Below are positions 1 through 7,791 of a stretch of 16,910 bases of DNA, piece by piece. The translations under genes and the position numbers were made by a program. This stretch comes from Candidatus Heimdallarchaeota archaeon B3_Heim. Its GTDB lineage: Archaea > Asgardarchaeota > Heimdallarchaeia > Hodarchaeales > Hodarchaeaceae. Within the stretch, counting starts at the first letter, position 1, and every line of letters begins with the position of its first letter. Below the pieces are notes generated by a model that did not search any database, was not told the origin of the DNA, and saw only the letters and a list, made by a program, of their open reading frames with translations. Where the stretch lies: NCBI GenBank assembly GCA_003144275.1, contig NJBF01000054.1, forward strand, positions 1-16,910, in the 5' to 3' direction.

Positions 1-95
1 GCGATCCTTGAGATGAAAGCCTCGGGCGTTACCGCTCGCGCAGGGAGTTTGTATGCATTGGCTCGCCCGTAAAATAAGGGGTCTGCCGTAAACAT

Positions 96-593
96 TTGAG
101 TGTGCTGGTTAGCCATGGTGTTAATCCCTGGATTGGCTTGATAATCGGCGGTGTCGTGGCGATGATTGGCGGCCTATTCATGGGATTCCTTTGCTTTCGT
201 CAGAGGGTGCGGGGAGTCTATTTTGCACTGGCGACACTTGCATTTGCTGAAATACTGCGTCTTACCGCCACCAATGCTGAATTTGTTCGCAAGTCAATGG
301 GTATCCAGGTTCCGTTGCGGGGTGGTGATTCCTGGCTACATTTCCAGTTCGAGACCACAATCGTCCCCTACTACTACATAATGTGTGTGATGGTTCTCGT
401 TTCAATTCTGGTTGTGTATTTCATTGAACGAAACAAACCGGGCTATTATTTCAAAGCCATCCATCAGAGCGAAGAGGCTGCTGCTGCACTGGGAGTAAAC
501 CTCCTCCGTTACAAGATGATGGCAATGGGCCTGAGCTGTTTTATGACAGCCGTGGGAGGGAGCTTTTATGCTCCATATTTCTTCTTTATTGAC
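96..593 (+). CDS. livM: Branched-chain amino acid ABC transporter permease (LivM-like), fragment; the ORF nominally runs to 626 but LivM-like sequence stops near 593
   Basis: Translated motifs GVYFALATLAFAEILRL and ALGVNLLRYKMMAMGLSCFMTAVGGSFYAPYFFFID are typical of LivM; multiple hydrophobic segments. After ...FFFID the sequence changes to IGEINSIWFE-stop, which is antisense to the adjacent riboflavin kinase. Confidence 0.8.
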
Positions 594-600
594 ATAGGTG
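585..600. other. Probable chimeric junction between LivM fragment and archaeal riboflavin kinase fragment
   Basis: Two unrelated genes in convergent orientation both lose their C-termini at the same point: LivM after FFFID (~593), RibK after IELISP (~596). Confidence 0.75.
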
Positions 601-1246
601 AAATTAATTCAATTTGGTTTGAATGATGTGTACGTTCTGGACGAACTATTGCTGCAGGGATTTTTTCATCATTCAGCAAAATAAATGTTGGCCATATGAA
701 AACTTTGCCAAAAACACGATCTCCATCCTTAAAACCTGAAATGAATTTGGCAGGTAATCTTAATAAACGTTCAAAATTACGTATCGTAACTTCATCTAGT
801 ATCTGCAAATTCAAAGTTCCTGGGAATGGAGTAAAGTCTAGAACCATTGAAAATTGGTTCTGATAGGCTTTTTGCCCCATGTAATATGCTCCTTCAGCCA
901 TTCCCGTAATAACCTTTCCTCGAAGAATTATTTTTTCTGAAATCACCCTTCCACTGGTTGTAAGAATCATCCACAAATCTGTAAATATCTGTTCCAAATT
1001 AGCAATACCCTCAGGTGTAATCTTTATGGAATTTCCCCTTTGTGAGTAGTTCCTGACAATTAAATTCATATTCTCCATTTCCACAAGTTTTCGTGAAGTT
1101 GATTGCTGAGATATTCCGATAGAATTACCCAATTCAGAAGTAGTGCATGTAACAAGTCGTCTACCTCCACCCATCTTTCCTAATGTAATAAGTATATCTA
1201 AGTAATTAAACAGGGGATTTTTAGGTTTTTTTGGAGTAGTTTTCAT
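596..1246 (-). CDS. ribK: Archaeal CTP-dependent riboflavin kinase with N-terminal winged-HTH (RbkR-like), C-terminally truncated; ORF track 566..1279, probable start at internal Met (1246)
   Basis: ORF 566..1279(-): HTH-like N-terminus (TSELGNSIGISQQSTSRKLVEME...), then kinase-domain motifs GKVITGMAEGAYYMGQKAYQNQF, DFTPFPGTLNLQI, AAIVRPERTHHSNQIELISP. The expected C-terminal LR..L.L..GD.V segment is absent. Confidence 0.85.
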
Positions 1247-1447
1247 CGTCAATAAGCTCCTATGGATAATTATAACCATTTACAATATATTTAAATTTCT
1301 ACTTGATTTTGGGTAGATATTGTAAATATTCAGAGATTTTCCGAACGCGAATGTTAGAGGCCAAAAAAATCTTCAGTTTAGGCATTGTTGAGGAATATAC
1401 CTAGAATTTTTATAATTACTGTTAAAATGAATTATACTGTATTAAAG

Positions 1448-1581
1448 GGGCGCATAGCTCAGCAAGGTAGAGCGGCTGGCTCTTAAAAAAGGATTCAGTA
1501 AATATACCCTTTATAGCATAAGTATTCACGAATCCTTTTAGAGAAACCAGTTGGTCGGGGGTTCAAGTCCCTCTGCGCCCG
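1448..1581 (+). tRNA. tRNA-Lys (anticodon CTT, 1482-1484) containing a 60-nt intron at the canonical 37/38 position (1486-1545)
   Basis: Acceptor GGGCGCA/TGCGCCC (7 bp), D arm, anticodon stem GCTGG/CCAGT, loop CTCTTAA, T arm GGGGG-TTCAAGT-CCCTC. Intron has bulge-helix-bulge: CTCT:AGAG 4-bp helix, 3-nt bulges TAA and AAA, plus 10-bp intron stem AAAAGGATTC/GAATCCTTTT. Confidence 0.95.
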
Positions 1582-1690
1582 TCAAAATTAATTTATTTAT
1601 TGAAATCAACTATAATTTCAATTATACTTGATTTATTTTTCTCGATGTAGAGAGACAATTTTCATTTGGGGCGAAGCTCATTAAATACAG

Positions 1691-2761
1691 GTGATAAAGA
1701 TCATACGAGATATAAACTCTTCTCTTGGAGTTAAACTTCCCCGTATTCAAGCAGAAGAGGCTCGTCTTCGATTAATAAAGGCAGGGATTTTGTTAAAAGC
1801 TAAAAAGATAATCAAAAATCGAGATTTCGTATATTTACCAATTTCTGATTCAGCTAGCCTTGTTAATATTTTAGAAGATCTTGAGTATCAAATTGAATAT
1901 CAGGTCTTTCCTGATGAACTGTTAAAACCTTCAATTATTGATTCATTAAAGCTAGAATTCCCTGATGAACCATGGGAGGAGATTTCAGTTAAATTCGATC
2001 AAATTGGTGAGATCGGGTTATTACGATTAGATAGTGAGCTAACCTCGAAGGCTTTTCGATTGAAAGTAGGAACAAAAATATTGAGCGCTTACCCCAAAAT
2101 TAACTCTGTATTGAACAAATTGGATATTACAGAAGGAATAAAGAGAACTTTTCCTATAGAATTTCTCGCTGGGGAAGAAAAATACGAGAGCTGGCATAAA
2201 GAGTATGGCGTTCTTATAAAAGTTGATTTAAAGAACGCATATTTTAACCCACGGCTTGCAGAGGAACATAGGCGACTTTCTTTAGAAGTTACTAATGACG
2301 ATCGAATTTTGGATTTATTTACTGGAGTAGGCCCCTTCTCCCTCCATTGCGCTAAAGAACATCATTGCGAAGTAATAGCTGTCGATATTAACCCCTATGC
2401 AATAAAAAACCTGAATGCTAGTATTAAACGGAATAAACTCAAAGGGTCTATTATTCCGATTATTGGAGATGCTGGAAAAGTTTTTCGTGAGAACAGATAT
2501 TTTGATAGAATAATAATCAATTTACCTAATCACTCAATCAATTATCTTGCATACGCATCAAAACTTGTGAAAAATGGTGGAATCATTACCTTTTACCAGT
2601 TTGTGGAAAAAAATATTCAACCCCCACAATCTCTCGTCTCCATAATAGATGAAAAGCTTAAGAATGTCTGTACGTATGACATTCTTACAAATCGTGTTGG
2701 ACGAGAAGTCTCACCGTCTCGAATTCAAGTAAATGTTGACCTTCGTATCTATAACGAATAA
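1691..2761 (+). CDS. trm5: tRNA (guanine(37)-N1)-methyltransferase, Trm5/TYW2 family (GTG start)
   Basis: SAM-binding motif DDRILDLFTGVGPFSLHCAKEHHCEVIAVDINPYAIKNL and the Trm5-type NLP motif (RIIINLPNHSINYL). Confidence 0.85.
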   Translation: MIKIIRDINSSLGVKLPRIQAEEARLRLIKAGILLKAKKIIKNRDFVYLPISDSASLVNILEDLEYQIEYQVFPDELLKPSIIDSLKLEFPDEPWEEISVKFDQIGEIGLLRLDSELTSKAFRLKVGTKILSAYPKINSVLNKLDITEGIKRTFPIEFLAGEEKYESWHKEYGVLIKVDLKNAYFNPRLAEEHRRLSLEVTNDDRILDLFTGVGPFSLHCAKEHHCEVIAVDINPYAIKNLNASIKRNKLKGSIIPIIGDAGKVFRENRYFDRIIINLPNHSINYLAYASKLVKNGGIITFYQFVEKNIQPPQSLVSIIDEKLKNVCTYDILTNRVGREVSPSRIQVNVDLRIYNE

Positions 2762-2796
2762 TAAACCATATAAGAAAAGCAGGAGTATTAAATCGA

Positions 2797-3465
2797 GTGT
2801 CGACTCTTCACCAAGCTAAAGATCGTTTGATTCAAAATTATAAAGCAAGAGGACTTGTGAAAGACGAGTTAGCGTTCAGAGCTTTTAAAGAAGTACCAAG
2901 AGAGATGTTTCTTCCAGAAAATTCTCGATCTTCAGCATATTCGGATCATCCATTACCATTAATGAATACGGGACAGACGATCTCAGCCCCGCATATGACC
3001 ATTATGATTTTGGAATATTTAGAGCTCACTCCAGGTTTAAAAGTGCTAGAAGTAGGTGCTGGTTCAGGGTATCAAGCTGCATTAATTGCAGCAGCAATTA
3101 CATCTTCTGATGAAGTCGGACATGTTTATTCTCTCGAAATTGTACCTGAACTTGTTAACTATGCTCGAAAGAATATGGTAGAAACAGGATATGATGATCG
3201 TGTAACGGTAATCTCAGGAGATGGTACGCTAGGCTATGAAGATGCTTCCCCTTATGATCGAATCATTCTCACCGCAGCCGGACCAAAATTACCACCCCCG
3301 TTATTCGAACAGCTTGAAATAGGAGGGATTTTAGTAATGCCAGTCGGAACACCAAGAATGTGGCAAGTTATGACTAAATTTCGTAAAACTACTAAAACAG
3401 ATTTTTCTCAGGAAGTATTATCTTCTGTTGCTTTCGTACCTCTAAGAGGACAATATGGAATCTAA
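2797..3465 (+). CDS. pcm: Protein-L-isoaspartate O-methyltransferase (GTG start)
   Basis: Motifs REMFLPENSRSSAYSDHPLPLMNTGQTISAPHM, LKVLEVGAGSGYQAALIA, YDRIILTAAGPKLPPPLFEQLEIGGILVMPVG. Confidence 0.95.
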   Translation: MSTLHQAKDRLIQNYKARGLVKDELAFRAFKEVPREMFLPENSRSSAYSDHPLPLMNTGQTISAPHMTIMILEYLELTPGLKVLEVGAGSGYQAALIAAAITSSDEVGHVYSLEIVPELVNYARKNMVETGYDDRVTVISGDGTLGYEDASPYDRIILTAAGPKLPPPLFEQLEIGGILVMPVGTPRMWQVMTKFRKTTKTDFSQEVLSSVAFVPLRGQYGI

Positions 3466-4517
3466 CCACTGAAAAATTTGTCAAGTGTACTTTGATTCGC
3501 AATCCGTTGAAGTGATTTTATCTGTCTCTGAATACGTTCTGGTTTAAAACCACGCTCCTCAACTAAGAATTTTTGTACTCTTGCAGGTCGAGGATTAGAA
3601 AAAGTGATCTCAGTGTTCTCATTCACTTCAGGAGATCGGAAATATTTGAGCAGCACTTCGGGTGGATAAGGAAATATCTCTTCTAGATCATAATTTGCAT
3701 CGAGATACGATAATAAAGAGTCTAAAGATGGATATTTTTGTACCAGTTTCAGAGCGGTTTTAGGGCCAATTCCTCTAATCCCTTTGGGATTATAATCCGT
3801 ACCTATAAGTAGTCCAAGAAGAATTAACTGGTCTCTGTCCTTAAGCTGCATTTCAGCTAGTAATTGCTTTAACTGAATTCTTTCAGTTTCCACATCAACA
3901 AAACGTTGTTGATTTGGGAGCTTTCGTCTTTGAGTTACCCCAAGGTTTCGGATAACAATCGGGCATCCAAATAGGAAAGAATCATAATCTTGAGATGCCA
4001 TTGCGGTAATAATCCCTTGTTGTGTCAGTATTGCCCCCTGCGCCTCGGCTTCCGAGGGGGCCTGTACAATCGGGATTCCTAAATAGCGAAGAAGAGTCTT
4101 GGTATCATCTAAAATCTCAGGAGTTATTCGTGATGTTGCTTGTGCATATTTAGCTGCCTCCTCCATATCACCAGCCGCTATCGCAATCTCCCTGTTGACT
4201 TCAGCATTCTTCTTCCTTTCTTTTCTGGAAATAATTTCTGCTTTCTTAAATTCAGGGGGCTTACCATCAAATATAAATATCGGATGAACATCATGGACGA
4301 GAAAATAAGTAAGTCTGGGAAATAAACCCAATAAATGGCTAGTAACATGACCATTCGAATCTGTGAAATAACCTCCACCAGTTGATTTATCTCTAATTCT
4401 TGCTAAAAAAGCATATATAGTATTATAAGCGTCAAATCCAATTTTATTGCCAGACAATGCATTTATTGTAATAATTTGACGGCTATTAGTGAACAACTTC
4501 CCAATTTGTGTACCCAT
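3462..4517 (-). CDS. fen: Flap endonuclease 1 (ORF track begins 4526; internal Met giving MGTQIGKL... at 4517 is the more likely start)
   Basis: MGTQIGKLF N-terminus, GGYFTDSNGHVTSHLLGLFPR, VFDGKPPEFK, VQAPSEAEAQGAIL, ASQDYDSFLFG, LIGTDYNPKGIRGIGPKTAL, and C-terminal PCNA-interacting peptide QSTLDKFF. Confidence 0.95.
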   Translation of the reverse strand: MGTQIGKLFTNSRQIITINALSGNKIGFDAYNTIYAFLARIRDKSTGGGYFTDSNGHVTSHLLGLFPRLTYFLVHDVHPIFIFDGKPPEFKKAEIISRKERKKNAEVNREIAIAAGDMEEAAKYAQATSRITPEILDDTKTLLRYLGIPIVQAPSEAEAQGAILTQQGIITAMASQDYDSFLFGCPIVIRNLGVTQRRKLPNQQRFVDVETERIQLKQLLAEMQLKDRDQLILLGLLIGTDYNPKGIRGIGPKTALKLVQKYPSLDSLLSYLDANYDLEEIFPYPPEVLLKYFRSPEVNENTEITFSNPRPARVQKFLVEERGFKPERIQRQIKSLQRIANQSTLDKFFSG

Positions 4518-4613
4518 GATCCTCAAAAATATGAGAGAAATTTGAAATAAAAAGGCTTCTCAAAAATATTAAATAAATTTAAAATTACCTTACATCTGAG
4601 TAGCTTTTCGTCT

Positions 4614-4688
4614 GGGCCGGTGGTCTAGCCCGGTTATGACGCCACCCTTACAAGGTGGAAGTCGGCAGTTCAAATCTGCTCCGGCCCA
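4614..4688 (+). tRNA. tRNA-Val (anticodon TAC, 4649-4651), intronless
   Basis: Acceptor GGGCCGG/CCGGCCC, anticodon arm CCACC-CTTACAA-GGTGG, T arm GGCAG-TTCAAAT-CTGCT with a G-T pair. Confidence 0.93.
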
Positions 4689-4719
4689 TTCTCTCAATAT
4701 AAAATATGAGGTACTATAG

Positions 4720-5034
4720 ATGGCTGGTGAACTTTTACATCTCATTCGTGACGCGGAAAAGAAGGCTGAAAAAATTGAACAAGAAGCAACCGTTGAATCA
4801 AAGGCTGTTCTAATCCGCGCTAAAGAGACAGCAAAACGATTATTACAGGACTCAACTACAACAAAACAAGTAGATGATGTGAATATACAATCTGAAATCC
4901 AGAATCAAATTTCTGACCAGAAAGAACAACTTACGTCAAAATTTCGAGAAAAAGAAGAAGATCTAAAAGAAAATGCAGTAAAAAACAGACAGGAAGCTGT
5001 TGAAACTGTCCTAAAAATGGTTCTTGAGAGCTAA
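4720..5034 (+). CDS. ahaH: A-type (A1Ao) ATP synthase peripheral-stalk subunit H
   Basis: 104-aa charged coiled-coil protein, LIRDAEKKAEKIEQEATVESKAVLIRAKE; directly upstream of subunit F. Confidence 0.7.
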   Translation: MAGELLHLIRDAEKKAEKIEQEATVESKAVLIRAKETAKRLLQDSTTTKQVDDVNIQSEIQNQISDQKEQLTSKFREKEEDLKENAVKNRQEAVETVLKMVLES

Positions 5035-5047
5035 GAAGTGAAAATCA

Positions 5048-5362
5048 ATGAATCTTGTAGCAGTTGGTAATCCAGAGACATGTTCTTGGCTAAAACTCGC
5101 AGGAGTAGGAGAAATTTATCCTATTGAAGATGAGGCAATAATTGATACATTGTCAATTCTCACTGATTTATGGCAGCGGGAAGACGTAAGTATTATCCTG
5201 ATCACTTCAGATGTCGCAGAGAAATATCATCAGCCTATTAGTAATTATATGGCAAAGAACTTATATCCAGTTATTCTGGAAATTCCATCACAGGTAAAAG
5301 GAACAAAAGATCCCGTAGCGGAATTAATTCGACAGGCAGTTGGTATCAAATTAGAATTTTAG
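5048..5362 (+). CDS. atpF: A-type ATP synthase subunit F
   Basis: Pattern MNLVAVGNPETCSWLKLAGVGEIYPIED...IILITSDVAEKY...YPVILEIPS, typical of the V/A-ATPase F subunit, with the expected length. Confidence 0.85.
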   Translation: MNLVAVGNPETCSWLKLAGVGEIYPIEDEAIIDTLSILTDLWQREDVSIILITSDVAEKYHQPISNYMAKNLYPVILEIPSQVKGTKDPVAELIRQAVGIKLEF

Positions 5363-5369
5363 TATAGAT

Positions 5370-5504
5370 GCGGGGGTTTCCCAGCCAGGTCAAAGGCATC
5401 AAATTGAAAATTCGATGATTTGCTATCATTGAAAGCCGACTAAAGGAGCTGGACTTAGGATCCAGTCGCATAGGCGTTCGTGAGTTCAAATCTCACCCCC
5501 CGCA
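5370..5504 (+). tRNA. tRNA-Leu (anticodon TAG, 5456-5458) with a ~50-nt intron in the D arm (best placement 5394-5443)
   Basis: Acceptor GCGGGGG/CCCCCGC, anticodon arm CTGGA-CTTAGGA-TCCAG, Leu-type variable arm TCGCATAGGCGTTC, T arm GTGAG-TTCAAAT-CTCAC. Removing 5394-5443 restores the D arm TTTCCCAGCCAGGTCAAAGGAG and gives an 85-nt class II tRNA; a relaxed BHB can be drawn at the boundaries. Confidence 0.9.
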
Positions 5505-5533
5505 TTTTTAACATTTAATTCCAGTGATTAGTT

Positions 5534-6181
5534 ATGGAAGAATTACAAACAATATTTGGAAAAATTAGTGAGGAGTTAACCAAAGCCAATTCTGTTCGTG
5601 GAAAAATTTTGATACTCTCTCGAAAAGCAATTCAGAAATCCTCGATTGCAATAAAGCATTTACACCGTGCTGAATTCCAAGAAGCTGACAAATTAATAAT
5701 GGAAAACAAAGAGTTGATTATTGAGATTAATGAACTATCTAATCAGATGGAACAGGTTCGCTTTGGTATGATTTTATCATGTAATCAAGAATACGCCGAA
5801 GCTGTTTTCCTTCAATCTTTTTTGACCCAAGCCCCTTTTCCTACCTTTACTGATCTACAGATTCCTTATTTAGGTTATATTCATGGAATTCCAGATTTTG
5901 TAGGAGAATTACGTAGAGTTATTCTCGATACTTTGAGGAAGGAGGATAATATTGAGATTGCGGTGAATGCTTTAGATTTGATGGATGATTTATACACCTT
6001 ATTACTCACGATTGATTTTCCAGATAGTTTAACATATAATCTTCGCAAAAAAACTGATTTTGTACGGAATCTTACAGAAAGAACTCGTGGAGACGTCACG
6101 TTAGCATTGAATCGTCTCCAATTAGTAAAAACTTTCAAAGAAATCCTTGAACATAAATCAACTAGAGAAAACCAAGATTGA
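5534..6181 (+). CDS. Translin-family protein
   Basis: Translin-like features: RGKILILSRKAIQKSSIAIKHLHR, NQEYAEAVFLQSFL, YLGYIHGIPDFVGELRRVILDTL...MDDLYTLLL. Confidence 0.8.
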   Translation: MEELQTIFGKISEELTKANSVRGKILILSRKAIQKSSIAIKHLHRAEFQEADKLIMENKELIIEINELSNQMEQVRFGMILSCNQEYAEAVFLQSFLTQAPFPTFTDLQIPYLGYIHGIPDFVGELRRVILDTLRKEDNIEIAVNALDLMDDLYTLLLTIDFPDSLTYNLRKKTDFVRNLTERTRGDVTLALNRLQLVKTFKEILEHKSTRENQD

Positions 6182-6219
6182 TAGGTATTTTTAGAAGATA
6201 AGAAAAATCTGGGGTAGAT

Positions 6220-7791
6220 TTAATCTTTTTTCTGCTTTTTCAACATTCGATAGCTTATGATTGGATCTCTTGCAGCCTTAACATCATCAATTCTTCCAAC
6301 AGATGTATTTATTGGGGCATTTTGTATGCCTTCTTTTTTTCCTGAATATGCCAGTTTAGAAATGTTTCTAATTACCTGTATAAAGTCATCAATAATTTCT
6401 TTAGGTTCAGTCTCCGTTGGTTCTATCATGAGTGCCTCTGGAACAATTAATGGAAAATACACTGTAGGTGGGTGAAAACCATTATCAAGAAGATATTTTG
6501 AGATGTCTAGGGCCGAAATTTCTGTTTCTTTGAACAATTTTTTTGCTGAAAGGACGAATTCGTGCATACACGACGAATTCTCACCATAAGGCACAGAAAA
6601 ACCATGAATTCGGGCACATTGGGCTTTCATATAGTTTGCATTAAGATTAGCCATTTCAGAAACTCGAGTTAAACCAGTTTGACCTAACCTGAGAATATAG
6701 GAGTAAGCTCGCAGCAGGATTGAGAAATTTCCAAAATAGCTTCTAACTTTGCCAATTGTTTGTTTATGGTCATAATTAAAATAATAAAAATCACTTGTAG
6801 AATTGTAAGCAACCGATGGTACAGGTAAGAATGGTATTAGATGTGATACTACTCCTACTGGACCAGCACCAGGGCCTCCACCTCCATGAGGTGTGGCGAA
6901 AGTCTTATGAATATTAAAATGTACAATATCAAATCCCATATCACCTGGTCGAACTTTACCCATGATAGCGTTGAAATTAGCACCATCATAATACATTAAT
7001 CCATCCACACCATGGATGATGTCAGTTATTTCCTTAATATTTGGTTCGAAAATTCCCAGAGTGTTTGGATTAGTTAACATCATACCTGCTGTCCTATTTG
7101 TGACAGAAGATCTAAGAGCATCAATGTTAACGCAGCCATCATTGTTAGATGGTATTACTATGGTTTTGAACCCGCACATTGAAACAGTTGCAGGGTTTGT
7201 TCCATGAGCACTATCAGGTACGATTATTTCATTCTTAATTGCTAGGTTATTTTGAGATTCATGGTATTTCCTAAGAATCATAATACCCGTATATTCTCCA
7301 TGAGCACCAGCGGCAGGTTGTAAGGTTACACCAGCCATTCCTGAAAGCTCCGCTAGCCATTTTGCTAATTCATACATTATTTGTAATGAACCTTGAATTG
7401 TATCCTCTGGTTGGTAGGGATGAACATTTTGAGCCTCATTCATGGAAGCTACAGTATCGCAAATTTTTGGATTGTATTTCATGGTACAGCTTCCTAGAGG
7501 ATAAAAACCTGAGTCTACTCCATAGTTCATCTGAGATAAGCGAGTAAAATGTCGTACTACCTCAAGTTCACTGACTTCAGGAAGATTAGGGGAATTCTCC
7601 CTTAATAAATCGCTTGAAATCGTGCGTTTTGCCTTCTCTAGCATTTTTACCTCTTCAGATGATAATTCTGGAACCTGGTATCCAGTTCGTCCTGGAGTTG
7701 ATTTCTCGAAAATCAGTGTTTTTGGCCATTTACTTTGTTTAAACACTTTATTTCCCTCCATGTGTCCTAAAAAATTCAAGAACTGCGTCAA
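6220..7791 (-). CDS. gcvPB: Glycine dehydrogenase (decarboxylating) subunit 2 / GcvPB (internal Met at 7761 is an alternative start)
   Basis: YPLGSCTMKYNPKI, QPAAGAHGEYTG, DSAHGTNPA, LTNPNTLGIFE, PLP-lysine motif VHFNIHKTFATPHGGGGPGAGPVGV. Confidence 0.97.
   Translation of the reverse strand: MTQFLNFLGHMEGNKVFKQSKWPKTLIFEKSTPGRTGYQVPELSSEEVKMLEKAKRTISSDLLRENSPNLPEVSELEVVRHFTRLSQMNYGVDSGFYPLGSCTMKYNPKICDTVASMNEAQNVHPYQPEDTIQGSLQIMYELAKWLAELSGMAGVTLQPAAGAHGEYTGIMILRKYHESQNNLAIKNEIIVPDSAHGTNPATVSMCGFKTIVIPSNNDGCVNIDALRSSVTNRTAGMMLTNPNTLGIFEPNIKEITDIIHGVDGLMYYDGANFNAIMGKVRPGDMGFDIVHFNIHKTFATPHGGGGPGAGPVGVVSHLIPFLPVPSVAYNSTSDFYYFNYDHKQTIGKVRSYFGNFSILLRAYSYILRLGQTGLTRVSEMANLNANYMKAQCARIHGFSVPYGENSSCMHEFVLSAKKLFKETEISALDISKYLLDNGFHPPTVYFPLIVPEALMIEPTETEPKEIIDDFIQVIRNISKLAYSGKKEGIQNAPINTSVGRIDDVKAARDPIISYRMLKKQKKD

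Noticed and set aside
5881-6138. - strand ORF of 85 aa
   Set aside because: Antisense to the translin-family gene and without motifs.
6257-6475. + strand ORF of 72 aa
   Set aside because: Lies fully antisense within gcvPB, which has strong family motifs; no recognisable protein features of its own.
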